This document shows, one piece after another, positions 36,147-49,750 of a stretch of 64,000 nucleotides of DNA. This stretch comes from Callorhinchus milii. Lineage: Eukaryota. Each line of letters opens with the position of its first letter. The stretch's first letter is position 1. The stretch spans positions 25,050,001 through 25,114,000 of the forward strand of contig NW_024704742.1 in the NCBI RefSeq assembly GCF_018977255.1, written 5' to 3'. The notes beneath the pieces were generated by a model that saw only the letters and a list, made by a program, of their open reading frames with translations, was not told where the DNA came from and did no database searches. A program made the translations under genes and the position numbers.

Positions 36147-36466
36147 AATAATAATAATCCTTGCATTTGATATAGCGCTTTTCACGTCGGGAGGACGTCC
36201 CAAAGCACTTCACAGAACACACTGTAAAGTGAATTGACTGTATAATTGTGGGCAAACGCGGCAGCCAATTGCGCACAGCAATGTCCCACGAACAGTCGTA
36301 GATTGAAAATGACCAATTTATTATTGTTTTGGTTTTGGAGGGATTATTATTAGGCTCTGTGTGGAGTAAGGAAACTTGCCCAAGGTTTCGCCCTGACCTG
36401 CCTGGAATTGAACTCAGGTCTCTCGCTTGCAAAGCGAGTGCTCTTACCACTGAGTTACAGGACTCC
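36147..36466 (-). mobile_element. Young tRNA-Ala SINE, tail-to-tail with a + strand SINE tail (about 35990-36105)
   Basis: Full head-to-(TAT)n structure. Confidence 0.9.
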
Positions 36467-38019
36467 AAACTCTCAGAGACTACAGATGCTCTCTCAAACT
36501 CTTGGGACTGGATACAAAAGGTTATGTGTGAGCTTGGTTCAGTTGACAGCATTCTCATCTCTGAGTCAGAAGGTTATGAGTTCAAGTCCCGGGTTGAGGG
36601 GAGCGGAGGAGGAAACAAACAAAAGAAATTCTACCAGATTGCAGAACTAGAGCCTCTTTCTTAGTATTTCAAATTGTGCATATTTTGGACAATTCTTTAA
36701 TTCAGTCTTACTTTTGAAGCCAGTTCTGTGGTTGTTGCATTGTGGTCGCCCGATTAGGGGTCTCTCTCTACAAGATTTCCTCTGAGATGTCTGACCCTCA
36801 ATTCTTGATTTAACTTGTCCTCTCTCTGATACCCTTTTACCTCTGAGCTGGCCTGGACTATGGTTCCTCACTTACAATTCGAGATTCCACGATTGAGGCT
36901 TTGAAAAAGCAGATGGTATTAATCTTCAGTTTTAAATGGGGCAGCCCGCCAGTCTGGAGACGAATGAATGGCATTGTTGCAGCTTCGCTACAGCACACAA
37001 GGAGTCTGAAGTTTTCACCACAGTGGAGAAGTAAACCACATCATTCACAATCTCTGTAATAGCACAGCCAACCACCCCCACCCACTCTTTGGCCATGGTT
37101 CCAGCAAACTGGTCTCATCAATAAATGTCATTATATTTGAAATATGATGGTAATAAGCGTGCAGCAAAACATGCACGCTGGGGAATAAATTCTAAATTGC
37201 CACAAAAATCAAGGATCTCGCATCACACAAACGAAGAGGGAGCGAGAGGAATTCAGCAACTTGAAGATTCAGATGACTTATAAATCACGAGTGCACTCCA
37301 TGTCACCAAAATCCAATTACTGTACGATATAATCTGTAACTTAATCCTTATACAAAGGCCATATTCAGCATGGTTTCCAGTAACAAAAACAACAACAAAA
37401 TTACATTTGAAAAGAACAGTAGCCTGGTCAGTTTACTGTAAATGCAAAAGACATAGAAACTCTGCAGACAATAAATAACAGTGTAAACTTAAAGTACATA
37501 GACTATAGAGGTAGGGCTCTAATGAATATAAATGGTATTTTTTGTGCTCTACCCAGAATATGGTAGTTTGCATACATGAAAGACTGAATGATAATATAAT
37601 AATAGTCCGTAGAAGATTGATTATTGTACCTTGTCCGGGTTCCTGATATTCGCACATATCCCCTTCGATTTGCTTTCCACTAAATTGACTCCAAAGTCAC
37701 AGAAATTGGCACAAAAAACAGTCTGAAGGTTCTTTGAGCTCAGCTAACCTCACCTTTTGCATCATTTTCCAAATCAATAATCCTTTCATTGATGCAGTGC
37801 CTACAACGTCAAAACTTCTCAAAGCATTTAGCAGATAATTGCTGTCAAGTATAGTAACTCTGTAGTAAGTGTAGGCAAATATGATAGCCAACTTGAGCAC
37901 AGCAGGTCCCACAAGCAGCGAATGACTAACTTATCTGGAGAATTGTTGACCAGACCACTAAGGAAAACTCCCTTCTCTTTTCGAATAGTGTTACCTAGCT
38001 TTGCTGACATTTCACTGAA

Positions 38020-40162
38020 AGGCAATCCTCCATGAAGCCCACCACCTGCTCCCTGGACCCCATCCCCACCCCTCTCCTTAAATCCACTTCCACCTCCTTG
38101 CCCCACTACCCTACTCTCCTGTCATCTGGCACTGTTCCTTCCCCCCTCAAAACAGCCACTATCATCCCCACCTTGAAGAAACCTTCCCTCGACCCATCAA
38201 AGCTGTCTAGCTACCGGCTCATCTCAAATCTCTCCTTCCTATCCAAAGTCCTTGAAAGAGCTGTTGCCTCCCAGCTTCGCTCTTTCCTTTCCTCTCATTC
38301 CTTCCATGAACCCCTCCAATCAGGTTTCCGTGCTGCCCACAGCACAGAAACAGCTCTGGTCAGGTCACAAATGACATCCTGACCAGGGCTCCCTTGTCCT
38401 CCTTGACCTCCCCGCCGCCTTTAACACCGTGGACCACTCAATCCTCCTCCACCGTCTCTCCTCCCACCTCAATTTTCCCACCTTTAAGGTTCTGTCATTG
38501 ACTGGTTCAGGTCCTACCTTTCACACAACCTCCACGTTGTCGCGGCAAATGGCTTCTCCTTCAGTACCCGCACTGTCTCGTGCGGTGTTCCTCAGGGTCT
38601 GTCCTCAGTCCCCTCCTCTTCACCCTCTACATGCTCCCCCTTGGTGACATCATCCGCAGACATGGGGTAAATTTCCACATATATGCGGATGACACCCAAC
38701 TCTACCTCTCTGTTTCCCCCCTCAACTCCAGGACTACTGAGGTCCTGACCGACTGCCTGTCCGACATCAAGTCCTGGATGAGGGCCAACTTTCTCTAACT
38801 CAACATCAGCAAGACCGAGGCATCTCAGGCGCTGGCAGCATCAGCCTCCACGGCTGCACACTCAACCTCACTAAGCCAGTCAGGAACCTGGGTATCTTGT
38901 TTGACCCTGAACTGTCCTTTCTCCCCACATCCGCGCCATGACCGGCACTGCCTACCACCACCTCCGCAACGTTGCCAGACTCCCCACTGCCTCACCCCTC
39001 AGGCTGCCGAAGCCCTCACCCACGCATTTAATAATAATAATAATAATAATCCTTGCATTTGATATAGCGCTTTTCACGTCGGGAGGACGTCCCAAAGCGC
39101 TTCACAGAACACACTGTAAAGTGAATTGACTGTATATTTGTGGGCGAACGCGGCAGCCAATTGCGCACAGCAATGTCCCACAAACAGTCGTAGATTGAAA
39201 ATGACCAATTTATTATTGTTTTTGGTTTTGGAGGGATTATTAGGCGTGTGGAGTAAGGAAACTTGCCCAAGGTTTCGCCCTCTGCCTGGAATTGAACTCA
39301 GGTCTCTCACTTGCAAAGCGAGTGCTCTAACCACTGAGCTACAGGACTACGCAGCTCTCAAAGATGCTATCTCGAGGACGTGAAGGGCACTACATAAATT
39401 CAAGTATTCTTGGTATACGAGACCAGACAGTGAATGTCAGCAGACTATTAAACTGCAGTGATCATAGCAGTTGAGATCAGTCTCCCTTCACCTTGTATCT
39501 TTGTGCATGGGTTGCAATCAAGAACACAATCTGTGACTCACCTGCCCCTCCTAAAGCCACATTTGTCACATCAAGGCTCGATTAGGGGAACTCCCTCCTT
39601 ATTGGCCTTCCCAACTCTTCCCTTCACAAGCTGCAGATCATCCAAAACTCTGCACCTCATGTACTCTCACACACCAGGCTCCGCGACCCCATCACTCCCA
39701 CCCTCGCCCGACTCCACTGGCTCCCCATCCCCCAGAGGATCGAGTTCAAGATCCTCATCCTCACCTTTAAGGCCATCCATGGCCTTGCCCCCTCCTACCT
39801 CTCTGACCTGCTGTCTCCCTACCAACCTGCCCACTCCCTCCGTTCATCAGGCTCCGGCCTACTCCATGTCTCCTGCCCGACCCGCCCTACCATCGGTGGC
39901 CAGGCTTTCAGCCTCTCTGCCCCACACTCTGGAACTCCATCCCACGGTCCCTTTGCCTCCCTTCCTCCCTTGCCTCCTTCAAGGCCAGGCTGAACATCCT
40001 TCTCTTCGACCGTGCCTTTGGTCTCCCTCCCACCTCTCTGCCTTCCCTCACCCCTACACCACCCCTCCCCTATGCTCGGGCCCCGACACCTGACTGTTCA
40101 GCGCTTTGGGACGTCCTCCCGACGTGAAAGGCGCTTTATAAATGTAATTTTGTTGTTGTTGT
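38020..40162 (+). mobile_element. Frameshifted L2 LINE ORF2 (RT domain to 3' tail), interrupted by a SINE (-, about 39029-39347) and about 200 bp of other sequence
   Basis: TCSLDPIPT, YRLISNLSFLSKVLE, QSGFRAAHSTETAL and IYADDTQLYLS motifs; (TTG)n tail. Confidence 0.9.
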
Positions 40163-42311
40163 ATTTTACTCAATGTTAAATTGAAAACAAATTAAAATAC
40201 TGATTCTCCAGTGCACTGATGTTCTTCTTGTTGATAAAAGAATGACCAAAAGAAACAACAGCCGATAATAATAATAATGATGGTCATAAGTCAGGAATGA
40301 GCTGAATTAGCAGTTCTTACTGTGTAGTTCAATAAAATACAGTTGCAGTCAAATCCAATGGCATACAGATCTGATGATGTAAGGAAATTCTGTGCCCGCA
40401 TTTTTCTTTCCTCTTTATTTTTTCCCCGCAAATGTGCACCATTCATTTGAAGTCTACGCTGGTAGAATTGTAATTTACTCAGTGGAATCACATGGTAATT
40501 TTGTATGTTAACAGACAGAAATCTCTCTTTTTTTTTCCCAAAGCTGTCCTTGTGGAGGGGAAAGAGTAAGCTGTTCCCCAGAATGGCTCACACTACTCTC
40601 AGTATATTGGGATTTGAGCTCACAGTGAAGTCCAGCGAGTACTGGGGAAGTATTGATTGTCAGTGGTTGAAACTCTGAAACTCTCTCTTTCAATTTTTCC
40701 TCATTGCTCCCTCCCTCCCCACTTTCAATTGCCGCCTAAAGACTTTCCTTTTTGATTGTGCTTACGGTCACCTCCCCCCCTCAGCTCTGTGTCAGACTCT
40801 GCTCTTGTCAAGCTCTCCAGGACGCTACCCTGCGTGAAGGATGTTATATATACCTACACATAACCACAAGTTGTTGTCGTCCTCTTCGACAGTGCCTTCG
40901 GGCACCCGCCTACCTTTCACCGCCCCTGATCCCAACCCTCTGCTCAGGTCCAAATCCCTGACTGTCCAGTGCCTTGGGTGGTCCTCCTGACGTGAAAAGA
41001 GCTATACAAATATAATTTGTTGCTGTTGGTGTCTTTCAGATTAAGCCTAAATGCAAGCTGTTGTTGTAATGCAAGTCCTGGTGTCAGACAGATATTAAGG
41101 ATCCCATGACAATATTGGACAAGAAAAGGGAGTTTTCTCCTGGAAACCCAGGCAACAATCATCAAAACTGATTGGTCATTCAACTCGTGCTTCTTTGTGT
41201 GACTCACTGACAGCAATAGCTGCTGCGTTTGTCTACAAGAATCATTGCTAAACTAACACTAAATTGCTTGTGAATCGCTCAATAACCCTTGCATTTGATA
41301 CAGAGCCTTTCACATTGGGAGGACATCTCAAAGGGCACCATAGGATACACTGTAAAGTGTCGTGTAGTGAACATATTCTGAAGGTGCACACGGCAGCCAA
41401 TATGCGTAACTAACTAATATCCAGCAAACAAAGAACAACTTTTTTTTAAAATAAGTTTGAGGGATTGTCAGCCAGCACACGAGGAGAAACTCTACTTTTC
41501 AAATAGTCATGGGATCTTTAGCATCCACCTGAGCAGGCAGGACCTCGGTTTAACATCCCACCAAAGGACAGCGCCTCCAACAACGTGCACATCCCAGAAC
41601 TGCGCTGGAGTGTCAGCCTAGACTATGAATTCAAAGTCTTAACACGGAACTTAAACTCACAATCTTCCGACTGAGAGGCGAGAGAGCTACCGACTGAGCC
41701 AGGCTCACGCACAAAGCAAATGTACAGTATTGTGGTTTGCTTAGAGACATTCAAAATGCTAAGAGGATATAAAAACAAAGGATTTTTATTTGATGAATGA
41801 AGCATCTTCCCCCCCCCACCCCCTTCCCTCGAACCAACAGTGTTGGAGGAAGACGTGAAGTCATCCTGTTAATCACGGACGGACGGACGCAGTACTCCAG
41901 AAGGAAGTGGGAGGAGGACCTTGATCCACTTTAGTCGCTAACTGGGTTAACAGGCCAAGACCAGATGAGGGAAATCGCCACTGGGAGTCTGTTGATAGCC
42001 TCCTGACATTTCTCTGATACTGTAAGTGCCACCTCACAGAGAACAACTAATGCATCATTAGACCCGCAGGAACTCAAGCTTTTCAACTAGATGGGAAGCA
42101 AACAGAAAATCTTTCTGGCTTTAAATCTGAATGTCTGGCCTGATGCTGGGCTGGGCCTTTAGGGAAAATACTGTAATAAATGATAATTGGAGCCAGCTGT
42201 AGCAAGGACACAAGAGGAAAGTTTACTGCAGAAATCATACACAGTTAATTCAGAATCAGAACTCACACAACCAACGGTGGAATGTTTTGCTCCTATTTAA
42301 TCAAACAGGAT

Positions 42312-43607
42312 TAAATAATAATAATAATCCTTGCATATGATATAGCGCTTTTCACGTCTTTCAGACGTGTCAAAGCGCTTCACAGAATATGGTGTAAAGT
42401 GAATTGACCGTATATTTGTGGGCGAAACGCGGCAGCCAGTTGCGCACAGCAGTGTCCCACAAACAGTCGTAGATTGAAATTGACCAATTTATTATTGTTT
42501 TGTTTTGGAGGGATTATTATTAGGCTCTGTGTGGAGTAAGGAAACTTGCACAAGGTTTCGCCCTCTGCCTGGAATTGAACTCAGGTCTCTCGCTTGCAAA
42601 GCGAGTGCTCTAACCACTGAGCTACAGCACTCCCAAGCGATCAGAAGGCACACAGGCGCTTCCAGCTCAGCAACCAAATCTCATTCACACAGCAAATGGA
42701 ACAGAATCAATATGACAAAAGACCCCATGTCTGCTGCGATGATAATAGTAATAATCCTTGCATTTGATACAGCGCTTTTCAGGTCTTCTAGACATCTTAA
42801 AGCGCTTCACAGAATATACTGTAAAGTGAATTGACTATATTTTGTGGGCAAAAAGTTGATTTAGAACCAGGACTCACAAACCAAACGATGGAATGTTTTG
42901 CTTTCATTGGAGTCCTGCAGCTCAGTGGTTAGAGCACTCGCCTCGCAAGTGAGAGACCTAAATTTGAATCCCAGCAGGGCGATACAATGGGCAAATTTCC
43001 TTATTCCACACGCCTCTGTTTACCTACCAATAAGTAGGAACCCAGTTGTTAGTCGATGGGCAGATCGCTTTTCTGGGGTAATAATTCCTTCAAAAAAATA
43101 ATAATTTGGTCACTCAATCCACGAGTGTTTTTGGGATTCTGCTGTGTGCAATTGGCTGCCGTATTTCCCCCACAAATATACAATCAATTCACTTTACAGT
43201 ATATTTTGTGAAGCGCTGACATAATAATAATAATAATCCTTGCATTTGATATAGCGCTTTTCACGTCGGGAGGACGTCCCAAAGCGCTTCACAGAATATA
43301 CTGTAAAGTGAGTTGACTGTATATTTGTGGGCGAACGTGGCAGCCAATTGCGCACAGCAATGTCCCACAAACAGTTATAGATTGAAAATGACCAATTTAA
43401 TTATTGTTTTTGTTTTTTGGAGGGATTATTATTAGGCTCTGTGTGGAGTAAGGAAACTTGCCCAAGGTTTCGCCCTCTGCCTGGAATTGAACTCAGGTCT
43501 CTCGCTTGCAAAGCGAGTGCTCTAACCACTGAGCTACAGGACTCCACAAGATGTCATGAAGACTTGATAAGGCACTATATCAAGTGCAACGATAATTATT
43601 ATTATAC
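42312..43607. mobile_element. Cluster of four SINE copies: 42312-42633 (-), 42743-42850 (-, tail only), 42909-43218 (+, long type, tail resumes about 43550), 43222-43545 (-, nested)
   Basis: Each copy is recognisable from shared head and tail sequences. Confidence 0.85.
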
Positions 43608-44689
43608 ATGAATGATGCACGTGCCAACACGCAGGATACATGCACACTCCATGTGGCAGTATATCAGGCACGATATGTATTCTTCCATCATTCCATCTCT
43701 TATTTGGCATTAATTCTTTACTTTTAGGCTCATTTTGAAATTGGTATGTTTCACTCCTCAATCTTTTCTACAATGCATTCCGTGATTTCTTTCCCACGCC
43801 TAAATCATTGCTACAGGAAAATGCCTGGCTTCGTTCTCACTCAGAAAGGAAATAAGATTTTGATTATATTTGCTTCAAAATGCAGTGATTCAGGAAATAT
43901 TTATTCTTGTGCTACAGTGACAACTGCATGAAGGCTCACACTGTGAGCATTTTACAGAGGTTAGAAGTTGCTATTCAAAACTCATTGAGGCCTCATGATC
44001 ATTCCTGCAATAATGGGTTTTCAAAAGAAAAGGCAATTTTCTGCTCTGCGCATTCACTATTAAAAACCTATTTGCACGAGCTGGGAAAAGAGACAAATTG
44101 AAACAACCTAAAACCATTAAATCTACCCACAGACAGCAAGCCTTCACTGTGGCTGAACTCAACACCACACATGTCAAATTGGAGGAACTGAAATAGCTTA
44201 TAATAAGCTTCCAAACTTGAAAGGGATAATACCTTGTGCTTGTATATCGTCTTTTGTATAGTATGAAGTCTCGAGGCACTTCGCAAAGTTGATGGAGCAG
44301 GGAGGAGTGGAGATGCAGTGGCTGCACTTTAAGATTCTAAGGGCTACTACTTCCATTTATAGTGAGCATGTGATATCGGTTTCTAAAGGCTTCTCTCCTG
44401 TGACAACGTTTCACTCCTACCCCCTGACCACTCTCTAGCATGTCCAAAATCCTTTCACATCAAGTATTCTCTCCCCGTCTTCAAAACCCTCGTAAAAATC
44501 ACACTCTTTCGATCGCGCCTCTGGTCAAACATGCTGCACGTTCCACTCCACTCCTCGCGGCTCGGGCCCTTGTCAGTTCTGTGAGGCACCTTGAGATGTT
44601 CTCTTGACATGAATGGCACTGCGTAAATTAAAACTGTTGTTGTGCTTGGTGATCCCCATTGCTTTTGCAAAGTGTTTTGAATTGTTCAC

Positions 44690-45050
44690 CAAAAGTTTGC
44701 ATACTGTAGAAGGAGGGGAACAACGAGGGAGGTAAGAAGTCCCACAGTCTTGAGGTCCTGAGAAAGATCGAATAAAAAGCAGGACAAAGGTTTGACAAAA
44801 CAGCGTGGTTATAAGAAGACCAAAGTCATTGTAGGATGCTGTGTTTGGAGAAAGAGACAACAAAGGCTAGTGCAGAGGAAGAGAATGAAGCCAGAGATGA
44901 GAGCATCATATCTCTGAAAATGAGCCTCTGTTGTAATCAGTCCCAGAGTCCCGGCAAAGTCTTTCCAGAAATAGGGGTAAAATTGGGCTTTTAAGAAGGA
45001 AAAGAAGTACAAGTAATTTCTATCCACCAGTAGTAGTGTGAAGACTCAGA
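44690..45050 (-). mobile_element. Highly degraded non-LTR retrotransposon C-terminal fragment
   Basis: One minus frame reads SIFLRTSRLWDFLPPSLFPSFY, resembling the SFFxRTxxLWNxLP motif of CR1/L2-group LINEs. Confidence 0.45.
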
Positions 45051-46884
45051 AGAAGTGCAATCCAGGATCCCCTTAAACTGTACTTTTCCCCATCAACAAC
45101 AAACTGCATTTTGCCATTCTGACAAACTATTCAACAGAATTCAGATGTCTTCAAATCACCTGTGACAAAAGTTAATCTAAAATCAATTACTCTTCCAACC
45201 CCTCGCCCAGTCCAACAGACTGTGCATAACAATGATGGCCCACTTCCAAATAATACCTTGCCTTAGAAACATACTTCAATTGCATTTTCACTGTTTTGAA
45301 CTTGTCTGAGACTCAATTCCAGAAGAGGAGGAAATGGTGGGGGGGGGGGGGGGCAGGTGATTGCTCCGGCAGCCTTCAGGTGCATGAATTTTCAAGTATA
45401 TTATGAGAGGCAGCGTGGAGAGCGATGGGAAGAGAGCTGGAGCAGGAGGTATGAAGCAGCACAGAGAGAGACAGGAAGGTGGCTTCACTAATGCCTACTC
45501 ATCGCCCCTCAGTTGCAAAACCTGGCTTTGCCACTGCTGAATTCAACATGAAACATTACTTTTGGGCACTTATGCAATACCCCAAGCAACCAAGTCATCT
45601 CCCGAAGAGTTTCCGGTCACCAGCAGGGACAGATGAGGTTTGCACACTGTCTGTGTTAAGAACACAGATGTTCCCCATCATAGCCAGAAACCTCTGATTA
45701 TCTGGCAAAAGCCATTCACCTTCCTCAGATGGCTTGCCCCCAGTTGACAAGACCAGAACAACCTGAAAAACCACAGGATGGCAACAAATAAATTCTATTT
45801 AATTAACAGCGATTTTGGAATACATTCAAAATCTAGACAGGCATTCTACGCCACAAACACAAAGATTTGAAGTACTGTCAAATTGTTTTACATTTTACAG
45901 GTCTGACCTACCGAATAAATGAAATCATACTGGGGATTGGGGAAGAAAATGAAATGAGTGAAAAATTACTGTTAAAATAAAATAGTGGATTACACACACA
46001 GGCAGTCTCTTCTCCCCCATCCCGCCCCAACCCCTGCAGCACAGAGTTTCTCTCCTCTCTTGCTTTGAAGTGCTCCTTTTGTCTATTTTAAACATTGCTT
46101 CACCCATTACTTGCCTGAGAAAGCAACTTGCAATACATGACTGTTTTGGAGGTATCAAATTAAGCAAAGGTTGCAAATTACGATAAGTTTTTTTTTGCAG
46201 AGAAATTTTAGTTTCCTTACATCTGTAACTATAACCATTGCGTTGTACTTTGTAAAAGTACTTCTGTTTTAATGGTGTTCAAACTGAAGTTTGTGAAGCA
46301 TTGAAAAAAACTTCAGTGTATTTACAGCATGTCAGCTCTTGAACTTAATATTCTTATACAGTCCTACTGGCATCTGGATCTAAAGCATTTTGAGAATTTA
46401 CATTAGGTCCAAATATTATGAGTCAGTAACAAGAGGTCATTAATTGATGTTTACCACAAGAGGCAAACAAGGAGGAAGGTAAGAGCATTTAGTTTCATAG
46501 AGAAGATTATCAGAATGGGGAGTGCCTTACCGCAAATGGCTGTTGAAGCCATTAATATTAAAGAGGGGAAGAAACCAAAACAAGTTGAATGGGATTAATG
46601 TACATGTCTCCAGTGGGGGGAGGGGGGGGGGGGGGGGGCAGCACCAGGTGAGATAATAGGCCGAATAACCCCACACTGTCTTGTAATTTTCTATGAAAGA
46701 TAAAAATCACTTTCCTCCCATTTTGAAATTGTTTCATGTCCTTAGTGCTAAAAGCGATTTATGGCAGTGCTGACGACTGGGTTTAATGAAAACATGTAAA
46801 AGCAGGTCTCGAAGCTCTTCACAGAGCGAGATGTAATTATGTAGGCAAACGTGGAGGTTAATTTGTGCCATCAAATTAATTTGT

Positions 46885-47208
46885 GGAGTCCTGTAGCTCA
46901 GTGGTTAGAGCATTCGCTTTGCAAGCAAGAGACCTGAGTTCAATTCCAGGCAGGGCGAAACCTTGGGCAAGTTTCCTTACTCAATAATCCTAATAATAAT
47001 CCCTCCAAAAAACCAAAAACAATAAAAAAATCGGTCATTTTCAATCTACGACTGTTTGTGGGACATTGCTGTGCGCAATTAGCTGCCGCGTTCGCCCACA
47101 AACATACAGTCAATTCACTTTACAGTGTCTTCTGTGAAGCGCTTTGGGACGTCCTCCCGACGTGAAAAGCGCTATATCAAATGCAAGGATTATTATTATT
47201 ATTATTAT
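46885..47208 (+). mobile_element. Young tRNA-Ala SINE
   Basis: Full head and L2-identical tail stem-loop. Confidence 0.9.
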
Positions 47209-47696
47209 CAAAGTTCACAAAAATCAATGGAAAATTAGTAGTCAATTTACTTGAGTATTAGTGAATAGGCTGTGAATTGGGATGTCATTCATTAGCCAAG
47301 GCAACCTCCTCTCTGCTCTTTGAAAGAGGGGCACCTGAATCACAAAGTTTAACTACTCATTCAAAACAGGAATGATTATAAGGCTATTTGGGGGACATTT
47401 CCGCCCACAAATTTGCACTTACAAAATACACAGTCACTATACTTTACAATAACTCCTATGAAGCGCTTTCAGATGTTTCAGTGACGTGATAAGGCACTAT
47501 ATCAAATGCAACAATTTATAATTATTATTAAGTAATAAGTAATACTGTTCTTGCATTTAATAAAGTGGTTTATGACCAGGGAGGTTCAGATGAAAAAACC
47601 CATTCAATCCAATTTATTTCATCCTTCCAAAATACTCCGAAAACCTATTACAGCAACTTGTCATGTTGAAAGATCTCAAACACAAACCAATAGGTT

Positions 47697-47985
47697 ATAA
47701 TAATAATAATCCTTGCATTTGATATAGCTTTTCATGTCTTCTAGACATCTCAAAACACTTCACAGAATATGCTGTAAAGTGAATTGACTGTATATTTGTG
47801 GGCGAAACGCGGCAGCCAATTACGTGCGCACAGCAGTGTCCCACAAACAGTCATGGATTGAAAATGACCGATTTATTATTGTTTTTGTTTTTTTGGAGGG
47901 ATTATTATTAGGCGTGTGGAGTAAGGAAACTTGCCCAAGGTTTCATCCTGCCGGGAATTGAACCCAGGTGTCTAGCTTGCAAGGC
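47697..47985 (-). mobile_element. SINE with truncated head
   Basis: Tail and body are intact; the A box is missing. Confidence 0.8.
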
Positions 47986-48867
47986 TAATAATAAAAATAA
48001 ATAGTTATTTTGAAGTGTTGCATAGCAGCGAAGGCAAATATTTTTTCACTCAAACAATGACCAGTTGTCAGAGCCAGTAATGTGCATGGCTTACCTACAA
48101 GACGAGGCTAGCCCAAATCCAAAAAATATTTCTCTATATTACTCCCCAGATTAGTCATCATTCTGTTCTTGTAGCATCATTGTTAACGTTCTGATTAACT
48201 CAGCTCTAGAGGTGGACAGAAAGTGCAACTTCAAATCACTGCACTGTCAGAGGTGACACCCTGCAACTGAGATCCCATCTGCCTGTTAAAGACCCTCTGA
48301 ACTATTCAAATAGAGAATGGAATTTATTCTGATGCATTGACTCACAATAATAAAAATAATTTTTGCATTTGGTATAGTGCCTTATCACATCAGAAGGAAG
48401 TTTTAAAGAGCTTCACAGGAATTACTGTGAAATGGAGTTACTGTATTTATAGGCAAACACGGCAGCACAATTGTACACAGCAATGTCCCACAAACAGCCT
48501 TGAAGTGAAAGACCAATTTTATTTGGGGAAACTCATAACCAATTTTATTTGGAAGAAACTCCCTTCTCTTTTCGAATAGTGCCATGGGATTTTTAATGTC
48601 CATCTGAACAGGCAGACAGGACCTCAGTTTAATGTCTCATCCGAAGGACATTCCTCCAGATTTAAAAAAATGATCATTCACCTCATGGCTATTTGTTGGC
48701 CTTTGCTATTATTATATTTAGCTGTGCTCAGAATGATTGTCGCATTTGCCTAGAAGATACACAATACATGACACTCAACAGCAATTACCTGTGAAGAGAC
48801 ATTTCAATGCCATAGGCACTGTATCAAATGCAAGGATTATTGTTATTATTAATAGCCATCTCTTAAA

Positions 48868-49230
48868 AATAATAATCCTTGCATTAGATATAGCTCCTTA
48901 TTACGTCTTTGAGATGTCTCAAAGCGCTTCACAGAATATACTATAAAGTGAACTGACTGTATATTTTGTGGGCGAAACGCGGCAGCCAATTGAGCACAGC
49001 AGTGTCCCACAAACAGTTGTGGATTCAGTGATCAATTTATTATTGTTTTTTAAGCAATTATTACTCCTGGAAAAGCAATCCACCATCAATTAACAACCAA
49101 GTTCCTACTTATTGCTAGGTAGACAGAGGCGTGTGAGTAAGGAAACTTTCCCAACGTTTCGCACTGCCGGGAATTGAACCCAGGTTTATCGCTTGCGAGG
49201 CGAGTACTCTAACCAATGAGCTACAGGACT
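48868..49230 (-). mobile_element. tRNA-derived SINE, long subfamily
   Basis: Contains the extra gcctctgt(c/t)tacctagca(a/g)taagtaggaac segment. Confidence 0.85.
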
Positions 49231-49589
49231 GATACTAGGCTCTTCTCAATTTTACTGCAGTTTCAAAAACACTGCCTTAGAGCATCCAATAAAACAAAAA
49301 AACATATTTAAGTCAATTCTAAAATGAAATACCTGTGTCGTTCTAATGATCCTATTTCCAATTCATAGCGCGATTTACATTCAGTTCTTTCTCACTTTCC
49401 TTTCTCAAAAAATCATCTTTATTATTCACTCATTAAATTTGATCACAAAGAATGTTTCATGAGCATTTTGATGGTCAGTTTCCAAAATAATGCTGGGTGC
49501 GGGGGCAGCTGAGAGAGGGGAGAATGCGAGAGAAAAGAGAAAAGAGAAAAACCTTGGGTAGAGAAATCTTGACTTATTGTTACCAGCCA

Positions 49590-49750
49590 GTACAGTACTT
49601 GTGTATTTGTTGTATGTGTGGTATGAAATCCGACTTATATATAACTTTACATGAGTTTATATGACACAACTTATGCAACCTTGCCATACTTTGCATAAGT
49701 CATATCAAATGCTATGGTCCCAACTGATACAACTTATGTGAGTTTACCTG
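49590..49750. mobile_element. Partial third copy (one end) of the MITE
   Basis: gtcatatcaaat..cccaactgatacaacttatgtgagtttacctg|TA matches 8285-8338. Confidence 0.7.

Noticed and set aside
46614..46638. Long G run (also 45338-45353 and 16-26) as G-quadruplex elements
   Set aside because: Simple homopolymers inside decayed repeat or intron sequence, error-prone in assemblies, with no functional context.
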